In this document: one piece after another, positions 27,956 through 36,823 of the stretch
How the letters are laid out: every line of letters begins with the position of its first letter
Position numbering within the stretch: position 1 is the first letter of the stretch
Source: Christensenellales bacterium
GTDB taxonomy: Bacteria > Bacillota > Clostridia > Christensenellales > JBMNTQ01
Direction of reading: 5' to 3'
DNA length: 64,000 nt
Assembly (NCBI GenBank): GCA_050945835.1
Contig: JBMNTR010000010.1
Coordinates: forward strand, 24,805 to 88,804
Position numbers and translations under genes: made by a program
Notes under the pieces: model-generated
What the model was told of the DNA's origin: nothing
The model's database searches: none
What the model saw: the letters and a program-made list of their open reading frames with translations, nothing else

Positions 27956-30049
27956 TTATTCTTTGGATAGAAGTTTGTTGACGCGCTGATGATGATTGGT
28001 CAGCGCCAGATCATATTCATTTTTGGCGTATTGCGAGATGCTGATTTGCGAATTGATAAGCTCATGGCCGCGTTTATCGCGCAGACGATAGACACCGTCG
28101 GGCTGCATCACACGCGCATTGACTATATCCAGCAGCATCAACTCGACATAATGGAGCACACGCTCTTTGAGCAAAGGCTCCTCCACCGGGAACAGTAACT
28201 CGATCCGCCGGTCGAGGTTGCGCTGCATCAAATCGGCGCTGCCCAGATAGATTTGGGGGTTGCCGGCGTTTTCAAATATAAAGATGCGGCTGTGTTCCAA
28301 CAACTGCCCGACGATGCTGATGACGCGTATATTGTCGCTGATTCTGGGAACCCCCGCCTGCAAACAACAGATGCCGCGCACGATCAGATTGATCACCACT
28401 CCCGCCTGTGAAGCCGTATAGAGCAGGCGGATCATATCCGCATCCACCAGTGAATTGACCTTGATGGTGATCGCACTGGCGAAGCCTTTGCCTGCGTTTG
28501 CCGTTTCCGATTCGATCATGCGTGCAACGAAGGAACGCAATCCGTCCGGTGCGACCACTATTTTATTGTAGGCGGGCGGACGCGAATAGCCGGTGAGTAT
28601 GTTGAACAACGACGAAACGTCAAACCCAAAGGACTCTTTGCAGGTAAACATCCCGATATCCGTATACAGCCGGGCTGTGGAGTCGTTGTAGTTGCCGGTG
28701 CCCAAGTGGAGGTAACGCCTGATGCCGCTGCTCTCTCTGCGCACGATAAGCAGCGCTTTGCAGTGCACTTTCAGCCCGGACAAGCCATACACCACATGGC
28801 ATCCCGCTTTTTCCAGCTCCTTCGCCCAGTGGATGTTGTTCTCCTCGTCAAACCGCGCCTTGAGCTCTACCACGACCGTGACCTGCTTGCCGTTATCCGC
28901 CGCGCGGGCCAGCGCGTGTATGACGGGCGAATTTCCGCTCACACGATAGAGCGTCTGCTTGATGGCGAGCACATCTTCGTCCTGAGCGGCCTGCTCTAAA
29001 AGGTTTACGACGCAATCGAAGCTTTCAAACGGATGATAGACCATACGATCACGCTCGCGGATCGCTTCGAACATATCGGGATACCCGCAAAAGTCGGCAG
29101 GCGGCGTGGGCAGTATGGGCTGGGCCTTTAAGTGGTCGAAGCCATCTATGTTAGAAAACTTCATGCACATGGTCAGATCGAGCGGCCCGGGGATTTCGTA
29201 GATATCCTGCTTATGCACATGGAGCATATCGATGAGAAATTCAAGGAGCTTCGGGTCACATCCGGAAGCGATCTCTAAGCGTACAGGGTTGCCGTGCTTG
29301 CGCTTTTTGATGGACTCCTGAATTTCATCCAGCAGATCCTCGGCTTCTTCGTCGATGGTGATGTCGGAGTTGCGTGTCAGTCTAAAAGGTACGGCGCTTT
29401 TGATATCATGCAGCTCAAAGAGCCTATCCAGCTTGCAGAGTATGATATCTTCCAAGAATATATAGTGCGCGCCGTCGTCGCCGGGCAGCCGGATGATTCT
29501 GGGCATGATGGAAGGAACCTGCACCACCGCAAAGAAGGACTCCCTTTCTTTTTTGAGCCGTACCGCCAGGTTTAGGCTTTTGTTGGTCAAATATGGAAAA
29601 GGGCGGCTGCGGTCTACGGCCAGCGGTGTCAGAACCGGAAAGAGTATGCGTGTGAAATAATGCTCTACATGCTCCTGCTGCTGCTCTGTGAGCTGTTCCA
29701 TACGCAAAAAACGGATGCTCTGCCGTTCAAGCGCGGGCACAATGGAGCGCAGCAGGCAGGTGTATTGCTTTTTCACAAAGCTGAGCATCTTTTCATTGAG
29801 CAGCACAAGCTGCTGCTGGGGTGTGAGCCCGGAAGGATCGGGCGTTACATACTTGGAACGAACCTGCTCCTTAAGCCCCGCAATGCGCACCATGAAGAAT
29901 TCGTCCAGATTCGAGGCGGTTATGCCTAGAAAATTGATGCGCTCCAGCAGCGGCGTTTCCTTTTCGAAGGCCTCTTCCAACACGCGCATGTTGAAATCCA
30001 GCCAGCTTAATTCGCGGTTGATATAGGGGAATTTGGGGTTTTCCGACAT
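27956..30049 (-). CDS. ppk1: polyphosphate kinase 1
   Basis: 697 aa. INRELSWLDFNMRVLEEA N-terminus, two PLD-like catalytic halves and HLGTGNYN. Confidence 0.9.
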   Translation of the reverse strand: MSENPKFPYINRELSWLDFNMRVLEEAFEKETPLLERINFLGITASNLDEFFMVRIAGLKEQVRSKYVTPDPSGLTPQQQLVLLNEKMLSFVKKQYTCLLRSIVPALERQSIRFLRMEQLTEQQQEHVEHYFTRILFPVLTPLAVDRSRPFPYLTNKSLNLAVRLKKERESFFAVVQVPSIMPRIIRLPGDDGAHYIFLEDIILCKLDRLFELHDIKSAVPFRLTRNSDITIDEEAEDLLDEIQESIKKRKHGNPVRLEIASGCDPKLLEFLIDMLHVHKQDIYEIPGPLDLTMCMKFSNIDGFDHLKAQPILPTPPADFCGYPDMFEAIRERDRMVYHPFESFDCVVNLLEQAAQDEDVLAIKQTLYRVSGNSPVIHALARAADNGKQVTVVVELKARFDEENNIHWAKELEKAGCHVVYGLSGLKVHCKALLIVRRESSGIRRYLHLGTGNYNDSTARLYTDIGMFTCKESFGFDVSSLFNILTGYSRPPAYNKIVVAPDGLRSFVARMIESETANAGKGFASAITIKVNSLVDADMIRLLYTASQAGVVINLIVRGICCLQAGVPRISDNIRVISIVGQLLEHSRIFIFENAGNPQIYLGSADLMQRNLDRRIELLFPVEEPLLKERVLHYVELMLLDIVNARVMQPDGVYRLRDKRGHELINSQISISQYAKNEYDLALTNHHQRVNKLLSKE

Positions 30050-30070
30050 ATGTTTTTCTCCTTTAGCTCA

Positions 30071-31600
30071 TCAAAGCAACAATGTTTGCTGCACAAATTC
30101 AGGCTTTAAACCGGATACTTCCTCGAAAAACGGTATACACTCCTCAAACGCCCATTGTTCCAGCAAAAGGTTTTTATCGCTGATGGCGACGATCTTCAAT
30201 GTGTTGCCGCTGACCCTTACTCTGGGACTGCGGATCTTCTGGCGGTGTGATTTGTCCAACGAATTGGCGAGCCATAGAAGAGCGGAGAGCTTATAGGTCT
30301 GGATTTCGGTTTTTTTGAGACTGCCTGCCGCGCTTTGAAGAAACTCATTATGCCGTGCGATATTGCCCACAATCATGAGATCCTCTTCCGAAACCCCCGA
30401 TATAAAGGAGTTGATGATGATGGAATAGGTACTGTTTGCATGATGGTGCGTGCTGGTGAAATGCCCGCAATCATGCAAAAGAACGGCAAGCTCCAATAAA
30501 AACCGGTGGTAGTTTTTCAGCCCATGATATCTTTTGGTTTTATCAAACAACAGTATGGCGTTTTCGTATACGTTTTCTATATGTGCCAGATTGCTGCCGT
30601 AGCGTTTTGCGATGGTGCGCGCGCTGGCCAGCGCATAAGCGCGCGCGCTATTTTGGTAATCGGTTCGCCTGGCCGCAAAGAGTGTCTGCTGCGCGAGAGG
30701 ATCGAACAGACTGATGTTGGGTGCGATGATATTATCGCTGTCTAGAAAAGAGGTCATCTTCGCGAATATGTTGAACAACGAATAGAAAATTTCCGCCGCA
30801 TCCTCGCTCATGTGATGGCGCGCGGCGATCTGCATCAGCGATTGCGTGCGCGTATGCCGATGAAAGGTGACAAGAGCCTCCTTTTTCAATACTGCGTATC
30901 CATCCTGCTGCTGAGCCCCGCAGGCGTTTGCCAGATGATCGATGGCGTTCCCCGATACGATCAGATTGGCAACCTTTCCGCAGCATAACTGCGATTGCAA
31001 GCGTGTGATGAAGGAATCGAGATATTCCTCAAGCGCCACATAGAAGTCGGGTGAATGATCCTGTATGCTTTTGAGCATATCCATCACCTTGAGTGTTCCC
31101 AGCGGAACCTGACAGGAGGAGAGCATATGCTCGCCGTCGTAATAGGCAACCCCCATGCTGCCTGTGCCTATGTAACACAGCAGCGAGCCGCCAGGCATGA
31201 GCTCCTTGTATGTCGGCATACGGCGCAGCATCTCCCAGTAGATGAGCGTACACTCCTCCACCACAGGCAAAATTTGTATGTCGATATGGTTAAGAATGCG
31301 CAATTGATCCAGCACGAAGGAACGATTGGCCGATTCGCGCAGCGCAGTGGTGGCGAAAGCCTGGCATTGAAGCACGCCATACTCCTTCATAACCTGCGAA
31401 TACTTCTTTAAGCTGGCGGATATTTCGCGTATGCTGGCAAAGCTTATTTTCGATGTGCTGAACACCTCGCGGCCGATGCGCAAGGGGCGTTCGAGCACCT
31501 CTAAGGTCTCGATGCGATCGTTGCTCAACTGCATGATGCGCATGGTGAGCAGATTGGAACCGATGTTGATCAGCGAAACGATGGTTTTCTTGGTGCGCAT
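30071..31600 (-). CDS. ppx: Ppx/GppA-family exopolyphosphatase with C-terminal HD domain
   Basis: An ASKHA-fold N-terminal half (INIGSNLL..., YIGTGSMG) and an HD region (LLHDCGHFTSTHHH). The ATG at 31600 is preferred, with GGAGAGGAG 8 nt upstream. Confidence 0.8.
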   Translation of the reverse strand: MRTKKTIVSLINIGSNLLTMRIMQLSNDRIETLEVLERPLRIGREVFSTSKISFASIREISASLKKYSQVMKEYGVLQCQAFATTALRESANRSFVLDQLRILNHIDIQILPVVEECTLIYWEMLRRMPTYKELMPGGSLLCYIGTGSMGVAYYDGEHMLSSCQVPLGTLKVMDMLKSIQDHSPDFYVALEEYLDSFITRLQSQLCCGKVANLIVSGNAIDHLANACGAQQQDGYAVLKKEALVTFHRHTRTQSLMQIAARHHMSEDAAEIFYSLFNIFAKMTSFLDSDNIIAPNISLFDPLAQQTLFAARRTDYQNSARAYALASARTIAKRYGSNLAHIENVYENAILLFDKTKRYHGLKNYHRFLLELAVLLHDCGHFTSTHHHANSTYSIIINSFISGVSEEDLMIVGNIARHNEFLQSAAGSLKKTEIQTYKLSALLWLANSLDKSHRQKIRSPRVRVSGNTLKIVAISDKNLLLEQWAFEECIPFFEEVSGLKPEFVQQTLLL

Positions 31601-31724
31601 GCTGCCACTCCTCTCCAAAGACTGTATCACTTAACCGCCGTTATAATATTCATTCTACAAACATCTCGAAAATTCCTTGCAAACCGCCAAATAAAGTATA
31701 TTTTTGCAGCACGCAAAATACCAG

Positions 31725-31754
31725 TTGATGAGCAGCATACAAGGGTGGTATAAT
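31725..31754 (+). promoter_or_regulatory. extended -10 promoter upstream of the MBOAT gene (TTGATG-18 nt incl. TGg-TATAAT)
   Basis: -35 TTGATG at 31725-31730. TGgTATAAT at 31746-31754. This leaves an approximately 155-nt leader before the TTG start at 31913. Confidence 0.5.
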
Positions 31755-31912
31755 AGTTTTTAGTTTTGATGCCTGCCGGTGCAAACAGAAAAACCGGGTT
31801 TTGCAGGTGACGCAGGCTGCCTGTTGGCGAAGCTGAATGCTGTATGTGTATTATGCCACCTGATAGGTTAGCTTATCAAGGCGGATACAGATGTTTTGCG
31901 GAGGTAATCAGT

Positions 31913-33328
31913 TTGGTTTTTTCAAGCCTTGTGTTTATATACCTATTCCTGCCCTTGTCTTTAATTCTATATTTTGCTTGCAAAAACATAGTGTGGCGCA
32001 ATGCCGTGCTCGCTGTGTTTTCCTTCGTCTTTTACGCGTGGGGCGAGCCGGTTTGGGTGCTGCTGCTCGTGGCGACCTGTCTGGCCAACTATATGGTGGG
32101 CCTTTCGATCCAAAAATATGAGGGCACGCCTAAAAGCAAGATATTTCTGGTCGTTGGTGTCGTCATCAGCGTGACGCCTTTAGTCATCTTTAAATATTTA
32201 GGGTTGTTTGTCAATACGTTTACGGATATATTCGGTATCGCTTCCCAAGGCGTGCATTTTGCGCTGCCCATTGGAATTTCGTTTTATACTTTCCAGATAC
32301 TGACCTACATCATCGACGTATATCGCAAGGAAGTGCCCGCGCAGCGCTCGATGCTGAATTTCTTTCTGTTTGTATCCTTGTTTCCCCAACTGGTGGCGGG
32401 GCCTATTCTTCGCTACGGCGACGTTGCTCAACAGATCGAAAGCCGCAAGGTGACGGTGCGTAATATGACCAGAGGCATCACGCGTTTCTGTGTCGGTCTT
32501 GCCAAGAAGGTTTTGATTGCAAACGCAGTGGGCGATATAGCCGATCTTTTCCTGGGGGGCGGCAGCACGCTGTCAGTGTTGGGGAGCTGGTATGGTGTGC
32601 TGGCGTATGCTTTTCAGATCTATTTCGATTTTTCCGGCTATTCGGATATGGCGATCGGTCTGGGGCATATGTTTGGGTTCCAATATAAAGAGAACTTCAA
32701 CTATCCCTACACATCCGGATCCATCACGGAATTCTGGCGGCGTTGGCATATCTCGCTGAGTTCTTTTTTCAGGGATTATGTGTATATTCCATTAGGAGGC
32801 AGTCGTACCGGCCGCACGACACGCAATCTGTTCATCGTATGGGCGTTGACAGGGCTTTGGCATGGCGGCAGCTGGAATTTTCTCATTTGGGGGTTGTTTT
32901 ACTTCGCTTTGCTCGTGGTGGAAAAGAGATTCTTGCTCAACGGGCTGCAAAGGATTCCCAAGCTGATCGGCAATCTGTATACCATGCTGTTTGTGATGAT
33001 CGGCTGGGTGTTGTTCTACTACACGGACTTTTCGCAGGTGTTTTCCACGCTTGGCTCCATGTTTGGTATAAGCGCCAGCGGATTCAGCGATGCTATGGTG
33101 CGAATGTCGTTCAGCTCGAATATATTCCTGCTCATCGCAGCGGCCATTGCTTGCATCCCCATTTCCAAATTCGTCAGGCTGATATGGGATCATCTGGAGC
33201 GTAAAAACTATAGAAGCAAACGGTTTGCCCAGATCGTCAACGCGGTGTTTAATCTGGCGCTGCTGTTGTTTAGCACGACGATGCTGATTGGACAATCCTA
33301 CAACCCGTTCTTGTATTTCAACTTCTAG
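31913..33328 (+). CDS. MBOAT family O-acyltransferase (AlgI/DltB-like)
   Basis: A multi-TM protein with the conserved His region FWRRWHISLSSFFRDYVYIPLGG. The TTG start at 31913 (GGAGG 9 nt upstream) gives the typical (M)VFSSLVFIYLFLPL N-terminus. The track start at 31844 has no SD. Confidence 0.8.
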   Translation: MVFSSLVFIYLFLPLSLILYFACKNIVWRNAVLAVFSFVFYAWGEPVWVLLLVATCLANYMVGLSIQKYEGTPKSKIFLVVGVVISVTPLVIFKYLGLFVNTFTDIFGIASQGVHFALPIGISFYTFQILTYIIDVYRKEVPAQRSMLNFFLFVSLFPQLVAGPILRYGDVAQQIESRKVTVRNMTRGITRFCVGLAKKVLIANAVGDIADLFLGGGSTLSVLGSWYGVLAYAFQIYFDFSGYSDMAIGLGHMFGFQYKENFNYPYTSGSITEFWRRWHISLSSFFRDYVYIPLGGSRTGRTTRNLFIVWALTGLWHGGSWNFLIWGLFYFALLVVEKRFLLNGLQRIPKLIGNLYTMLFVMIGWVLFYYTDFSQVFSTLGSMFGISASGFSDAMVRMSFSSNIFLLIAAAIACIPISKFVRLIWDHLERKNYRSKRFAQIVNAVFNLALLLFSTTMLIGQSYNPFLYFNF

Positions 33329-33345
33329 TTAGGAGGTACGGTTGA

Positions 33346-34734
33346 TTGAAGAAACGATTCCGGTTTAACATTGTGATGATACTGTTCATCGTTCCGATTT
33401 TAATATTTTCCATCGTCAGCCTGGTGGATCAGGATTTGCAGCATTCCGAGCTGGAGATGCGGGATTTGGCGAAAATGCCCCAGTTTTCTCTGGATGCGTT
33501 GGTCAACGGCACATACACGAGGGACTTAGAAGCCTATTACGCAGATACATTCCCCCTGCGCGAAGGCATGGCGCAGCTGAGCTTAGCCATGGACAACGCA
33601 AAGGGGGTAGGCGAAAACATCGATTTCGACAAACAGATCGATTTGGGAATGGGTGCTGTGTATTCAGAAAACCCGGAGGATATAACACCTTTGCCCACTC
33701 TAAAGCCCACACCCGCCGAGCAGCCCACACCACCGGAGGGCGAATCCGCGCCGCAGCCAACTCCAACACCACATTCCGTACCCAAGGTGGTAAAGGGGCC
33801 TGCGGTGGATAGGCCGCAAAGCGGCACCATCGGGAAGAACAGCGTGTTGGTCGTTACGGAGCCGGAAAGCGGCTATACGCGTGTGATGGAAGTGTTTTAC
33901 AAGAATGAAGCGGCGCTGAAGCGCTACGCGGATATGCTCACGGCGGTGGATGAGGCGCTGGGAGATGATGTGACGGTCTATTCCATGGTGGCACCTACAG
34001 CCATCGAATGGTGGGGGCCGCCCCAATATCAGGATGACGTCTTTTCGCAAAAGCAGGCGATCGAATATATCAATGAAAACATGGGCAGCGGCGTGATCCC
34101 CGTAGACGCCTATACGATGCTGGAATACACGCAATCTGAATATCTCTATTTCAGATCCGACCACCACTGGACGGCACGCGGAGCCTATTATGCCTACTTG
34201 GCGTTCTGTGAAAGCGCGGGGCTGGACGCCGTCTCCATAGACGAATTGGAAAGCGGGGTTGTAGGCGGTTTTTTAGGAACGTATTATACGACATACGGCC
34301 AGGTGGAGGCTTTGGCCAACGCTCCGGATGAAGTGGAATACTTCATACCCAAAACACAGACCTACGCGGTCGCGTATCAAAATGCGCAGCTGCAGGGGGA
34401 ATACGCCACGCGTGTGCTCAATCCCGAGCTGGATTCCGGCAACAAATACCTCATGTTTACCAACGGGGATCAGACCATCATGAAGGTCGAAACAAACGCC
34501 GGTACAGGACGAAAGATCATGGTTTCCAAGGAATCCTACGGGAATGCGCTCATACCCTGGCTTGCGAACAATTACGATGAGATTTGGGTGATCGACCCGC
34601 GCAAAGACGATGTGATGCAGATGGATTTGCCCAGCTTTATGGAAGAACATGGGATCAAGGAGATGCTGTTTGTGAACTATTCGTTTGCGACTTCTTCGGA
34701 AAGCTTTGTCAATAAAGTGCTGGGCATGCTGTAA
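33346..34734 (+). CDS. DHHW family protein (AlgX/AlgJ-like SGNH partner of MBOAT)
   Basis: An N-terminal TM anchor, a Pro/Thr-rich linker and the literal motif FRSDHHWTARGAYYAY. TTG start with GGAGG 9 nt upstream. Confidence 0.75.
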   Translation: MKKRFRFNIVMILFIVPILIFSIVSLVDQDLQHSELEMRDLAKMPQFSLDALVNGTYTRDLEAYYADTFPLREGMAQLSLAMDNAKGVGENIDFDKQIDLGMGAVYSENPEDITPLPTLKPTPAEQPTPPEGESAPQPTPTPHSVPKVVKGPAVDRPQSGTIGKNSVLVVTEPESGYTRVMEVFYKNEAALKRYADMLTAVDEALGDDVTVYSMVAPTAIEWWGPPQYQDDVFSQKQAIEYINENMGSGVIPVDAYTMLEYTQSEYLYFRSDHHWTARGAYYAYLAFCESAGLDAVSIDELESGVVGGFLGTYYTTYGQVEALANAPDEVEYFIPKTQTYAVAYQNAQLQGEYATRVLNPELDSGNKYLMFTNGDQTIMKVETNAGTGRKIMVSKESYGNALIPWLANNYDEIWVIDPRKDDVMQMDLPSFMEEHGIKEMLFVNYSFATSSESFVNKVLGML

Positions 34735-34850
34735 GCACATTCAAAAACCCGAAACCGCCTTGTGCCAAGAGTGAAGAGCACCCCGAAATTTAGACAGTTG
34801 TGATAAACTGTTTAATGGAAGGGGTGCATTTTCATGATAGGCCATATGAA

Positions 34851-34876
34851 AAGAGAGCCCTGATAAGAGCTCTCTT
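34851..34876 (-). terminator. possible terminator downstream of the zinc-ribbon gene
   Basis: AAGAGAGC/GCTCTCTT 8-bp stem with a 10-nt loop, 43 nt past the stop. Only a short T tract follows on the minus strand. Confidence 0.35.
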
Positions 34877-34918
34877 GACCAATTTTTAATCCGGAATACG
34901 TTTGCGTAAGCGTGAGGA

Positions 34919-35194
34919 TTACTTCGTTGCCGCGTAGCATTCGTTGCAATAGATTGGTCTGTCGTTTTTCGGAATAAACGGCACCTGTGTGGGTGCGCCA
35001 CAGCGTGCGCATGTTGTGTCGAACATTTCCCTGGGGCGGCCGGTTCTTCCGTTGGCTTTGCGCGAGTCGCGGCATTCCTTACACCGAACAGGCTCGTTCT
35101 GGAAGCCTTTTTCAGCGTAGAATTCCTGTTCACCGGTGGTGAATACAAATTCGGATCCGCAGTCCTTGCAAATGAGTGTCTTGTCCTGATACAT
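34919..35194 (-). CDS. double zinc-ribbon protein (zf-trcl-like)
   Basis: 91 aa with two CxxC...CxxC units (CKDCGSEFVFTTGEQEFYAEKGFQNEPVRCKEC; CARCG...IYCNEC). SD GAGGGA upstream. Confidence 0.6.
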   Translation of the reverse strand: MYQDKTLICKDCGSEFVFTTGEQEFYAEKGFQNEPVRCKECRDSRKANGRTGRPREMFDTTCARCGAPTQVPFIPKNDRPIYCNECYAATK

Positions 35195-35543
35195 GAAATA
35201 ATCCCTCGCTTAATGATTAGTATACGCCCATGCTCCAGCTGACCTGGTCTTTGGCCCCACATCCGCCGACAGGAAGCTTCGCTACTAAAGTTTACCTTCC
35301 TCACTGCAACTTCTCTCAGGAATCTGTTTATTGAAGATTGGTTTACCTTGGAACCTTAAAAGCGGATCTGCCAAAAGAATTGGGGAAACCGATAGGGACT
35401 AGGGCAAATAATATTCTAAAAAACATACCTGGTCGGACTTACTTCTAAATCGCACCATGCTCACCGGGATTTTCCCGGCTTACGTGGATCGTTTTGCCTG
35501 CGACTGGCATCGATTTTCAACCACAGACCTGGAAATAAGCGCT
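35195..35543 (-). other. long untranslated leader or structured RNA upstream of the zinc-ribbon gene
   Basis: No ORF with an SD lies between the promoter at 35550-35578 and the ATG at 35194. The region contains hairpins (CCGGG-AAAAT-CCCGG; AGGAAG...CTTCCT) and three copies of CCAGGT. Confidence 0.4.
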
Positions 35544-35549
35544 GTGATC

Positions 35550-35578
35550 ATTATATCGGAAGTAATTTTAAAAAGCAA
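35550..35578 (-). promoter_or_regulatory. sigma-A type promoter on the minus strand (TTGCTT-17 nt-TATAAT)
   Basis: Read on the minus strand: -35 TTGCTT (35578-35573), a 17-nt spacer, and -10 TATAAT (35555-35550). Confidence 0.5.
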
Positions 35579-35695
35579 CATATATTTTCAATAGAGCGGA
35601 TAAACCATGCACAGATTTGCATTCAATTACTAAATATGAGATAATATACTAAAATTATGCGTTATTTTAAAAGCAGAAACGGCCATGGGAAAACG

Positions 35696-36823
35696 ATGAA
35701 AAAGAGCGTAGGGATTCGAAAAGCAGCCTGTGTCATATTGGCGCTTTTATTGTTCATTGCGGGATGTGCAGCATCCAATACAGGCAATGCACAAACCGGA
35801 GACAAAACGGCATACCGGCTGCTGCTGGATGCGGTCGATACACAGCTCGAAGAGGCCGGCGGCGCGGAATTTGCCGTGCACTACATAGACGTAGGCAAGG
35901 CGGACGCCATACTCATCGAATGTGAAGAACATTTTATGCTGATCGATGCGGCCACCAAAGCGCAGTCACCTGTGGTGCTGGATTATCTGCGGCAGCGGGG
36001 CGTTCAGAAGCTGGACTATGTGGTAGCCACCCACCCGCATGAAGACCATATCGGCGGTATGCAGGATATCTTCAGGGAATTTAAGATCGGCTTGTTCATC
36101 ATGCCGGATTGCACGCATAACACAGCCACTTATGAAAACATGCTGGATACGCTGCTACAGAAGGAAATAGAGATTGAAATCGCCGCACCCGGCGCGGAAT
36201 TTTCCCTCGCGTCCGCCGATTTTATGCTGCTCGCGCCGAATGGCGCGGAATATGCCGATTTAAATGACTATTCCGTCGTTTTGCGCATGGAATACGGCGA
36301 AACATCCTTCTTGTTCTGCGGGGACGCACAAAAGAAATCGGAGGCGGAAATGCTCCGCAACGGGCTGTTGCTGCAGGCGGATGTTTTAAAAGCCGGCCAT
36401 CACGGCAGCAGCACATCGAGCACATTCTCCTTCGTGCAGGCGGTGGATCCAAACGCCGTGGTACTCACCTGTGACCGCGACGCATCCACCGGAGGCCCGC
36501 ACGACGGGCCCCTTAAGACATTTCAATTGCTGGGCGCGCAGGTGTTTCGCAGCGACGATGAAGGATGCATTGTAATGATATCCGACGGGCAGCAGATCAC
36601 TGCCATCACCGAAAGCACGAATACCCCGAAAAGGATCGAAAGCGTGCCCGAGCCCATCGCGGCGCAGGTGATTGGCAACAAGAACACCAAAGTCTACCAT
36701 GTGCAGGATTGTTCCGCCCTGCCCAAGGAGAAAAACCGCATCTATTTTGATTCACTGGAAAGCGCCGAAATGCAGGGCTATCGCGCCTGCGGCAATTGCC
36801 TGAGCGGCGGGAGGCCGTTATGA
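35696..36823 (+). CDS. ComEC/Rec2-related MBL-fold lipoprotein with C-terminal Ada-like zinc domain
   Basis: Lipobox LLFIAGC. MBL motif ATHPHEDHIGG plus AGHHGS. The C-terminal YHVQDCSALPKEKNRIYFDSLESAEMQGYRACGNC resembles the Ada N-terminal Zn-binding motif. The start at 35696 was chosen for the signal peptide. Confidence 0.7.
   Translation: MKKSVGIRKAACVILALLLFIAGCAASNTGNAQTGDKTAYRLLLDAVDTQLEEAGGAEFAVHYIDVGKADAILIECEEHFMLIDAATKAQSPVVLDYLRQRGVQKLDYVVATHPHEDHIGGMQDIFREFKIGLFIMPDCTHNTATYENMLDTLLQKEIEIEIAAPGAEFSLASADFMLLAPNGAEYADLNDYSVVLRMEYGETSFLFCGDAQKKSEAEMLRNGLLLQADVLKAGHHGSSTSSTFSFVQAVDPNAVVLTCDRDASTGGPHDGPLKTFQLLGAQVFRSDDEGCIVMISDGQQITAITESTNTPKRIESVPEPIAAQVIGNKNTKVYHVQDCSALPKEKNRIYFDSLESAEMQGYRACGNCLSGGRPL

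Noticed and set aside
35195-35545. The long leader as a known housekeeping RNA or riboswitch (RNase P, tmRNA, SRP/4.5S, 6S, T-box, cobalamin, FMN, TPP)
   Set aside because: I looked on both strands for the conserved cores and found none. These were GAGGAAAGTCC for RNase P, a tRNA-like CCA end for tmRNA, GGAAGCAGCC for SRP, GGTGGTACCGCG for T-box, GCCACTG for the B12 box, the FMN/TPP cores, and 6S-style end-to-end pairing. GGGAAAATCCCGGTGAG only superficially resembles a cobalamin element.
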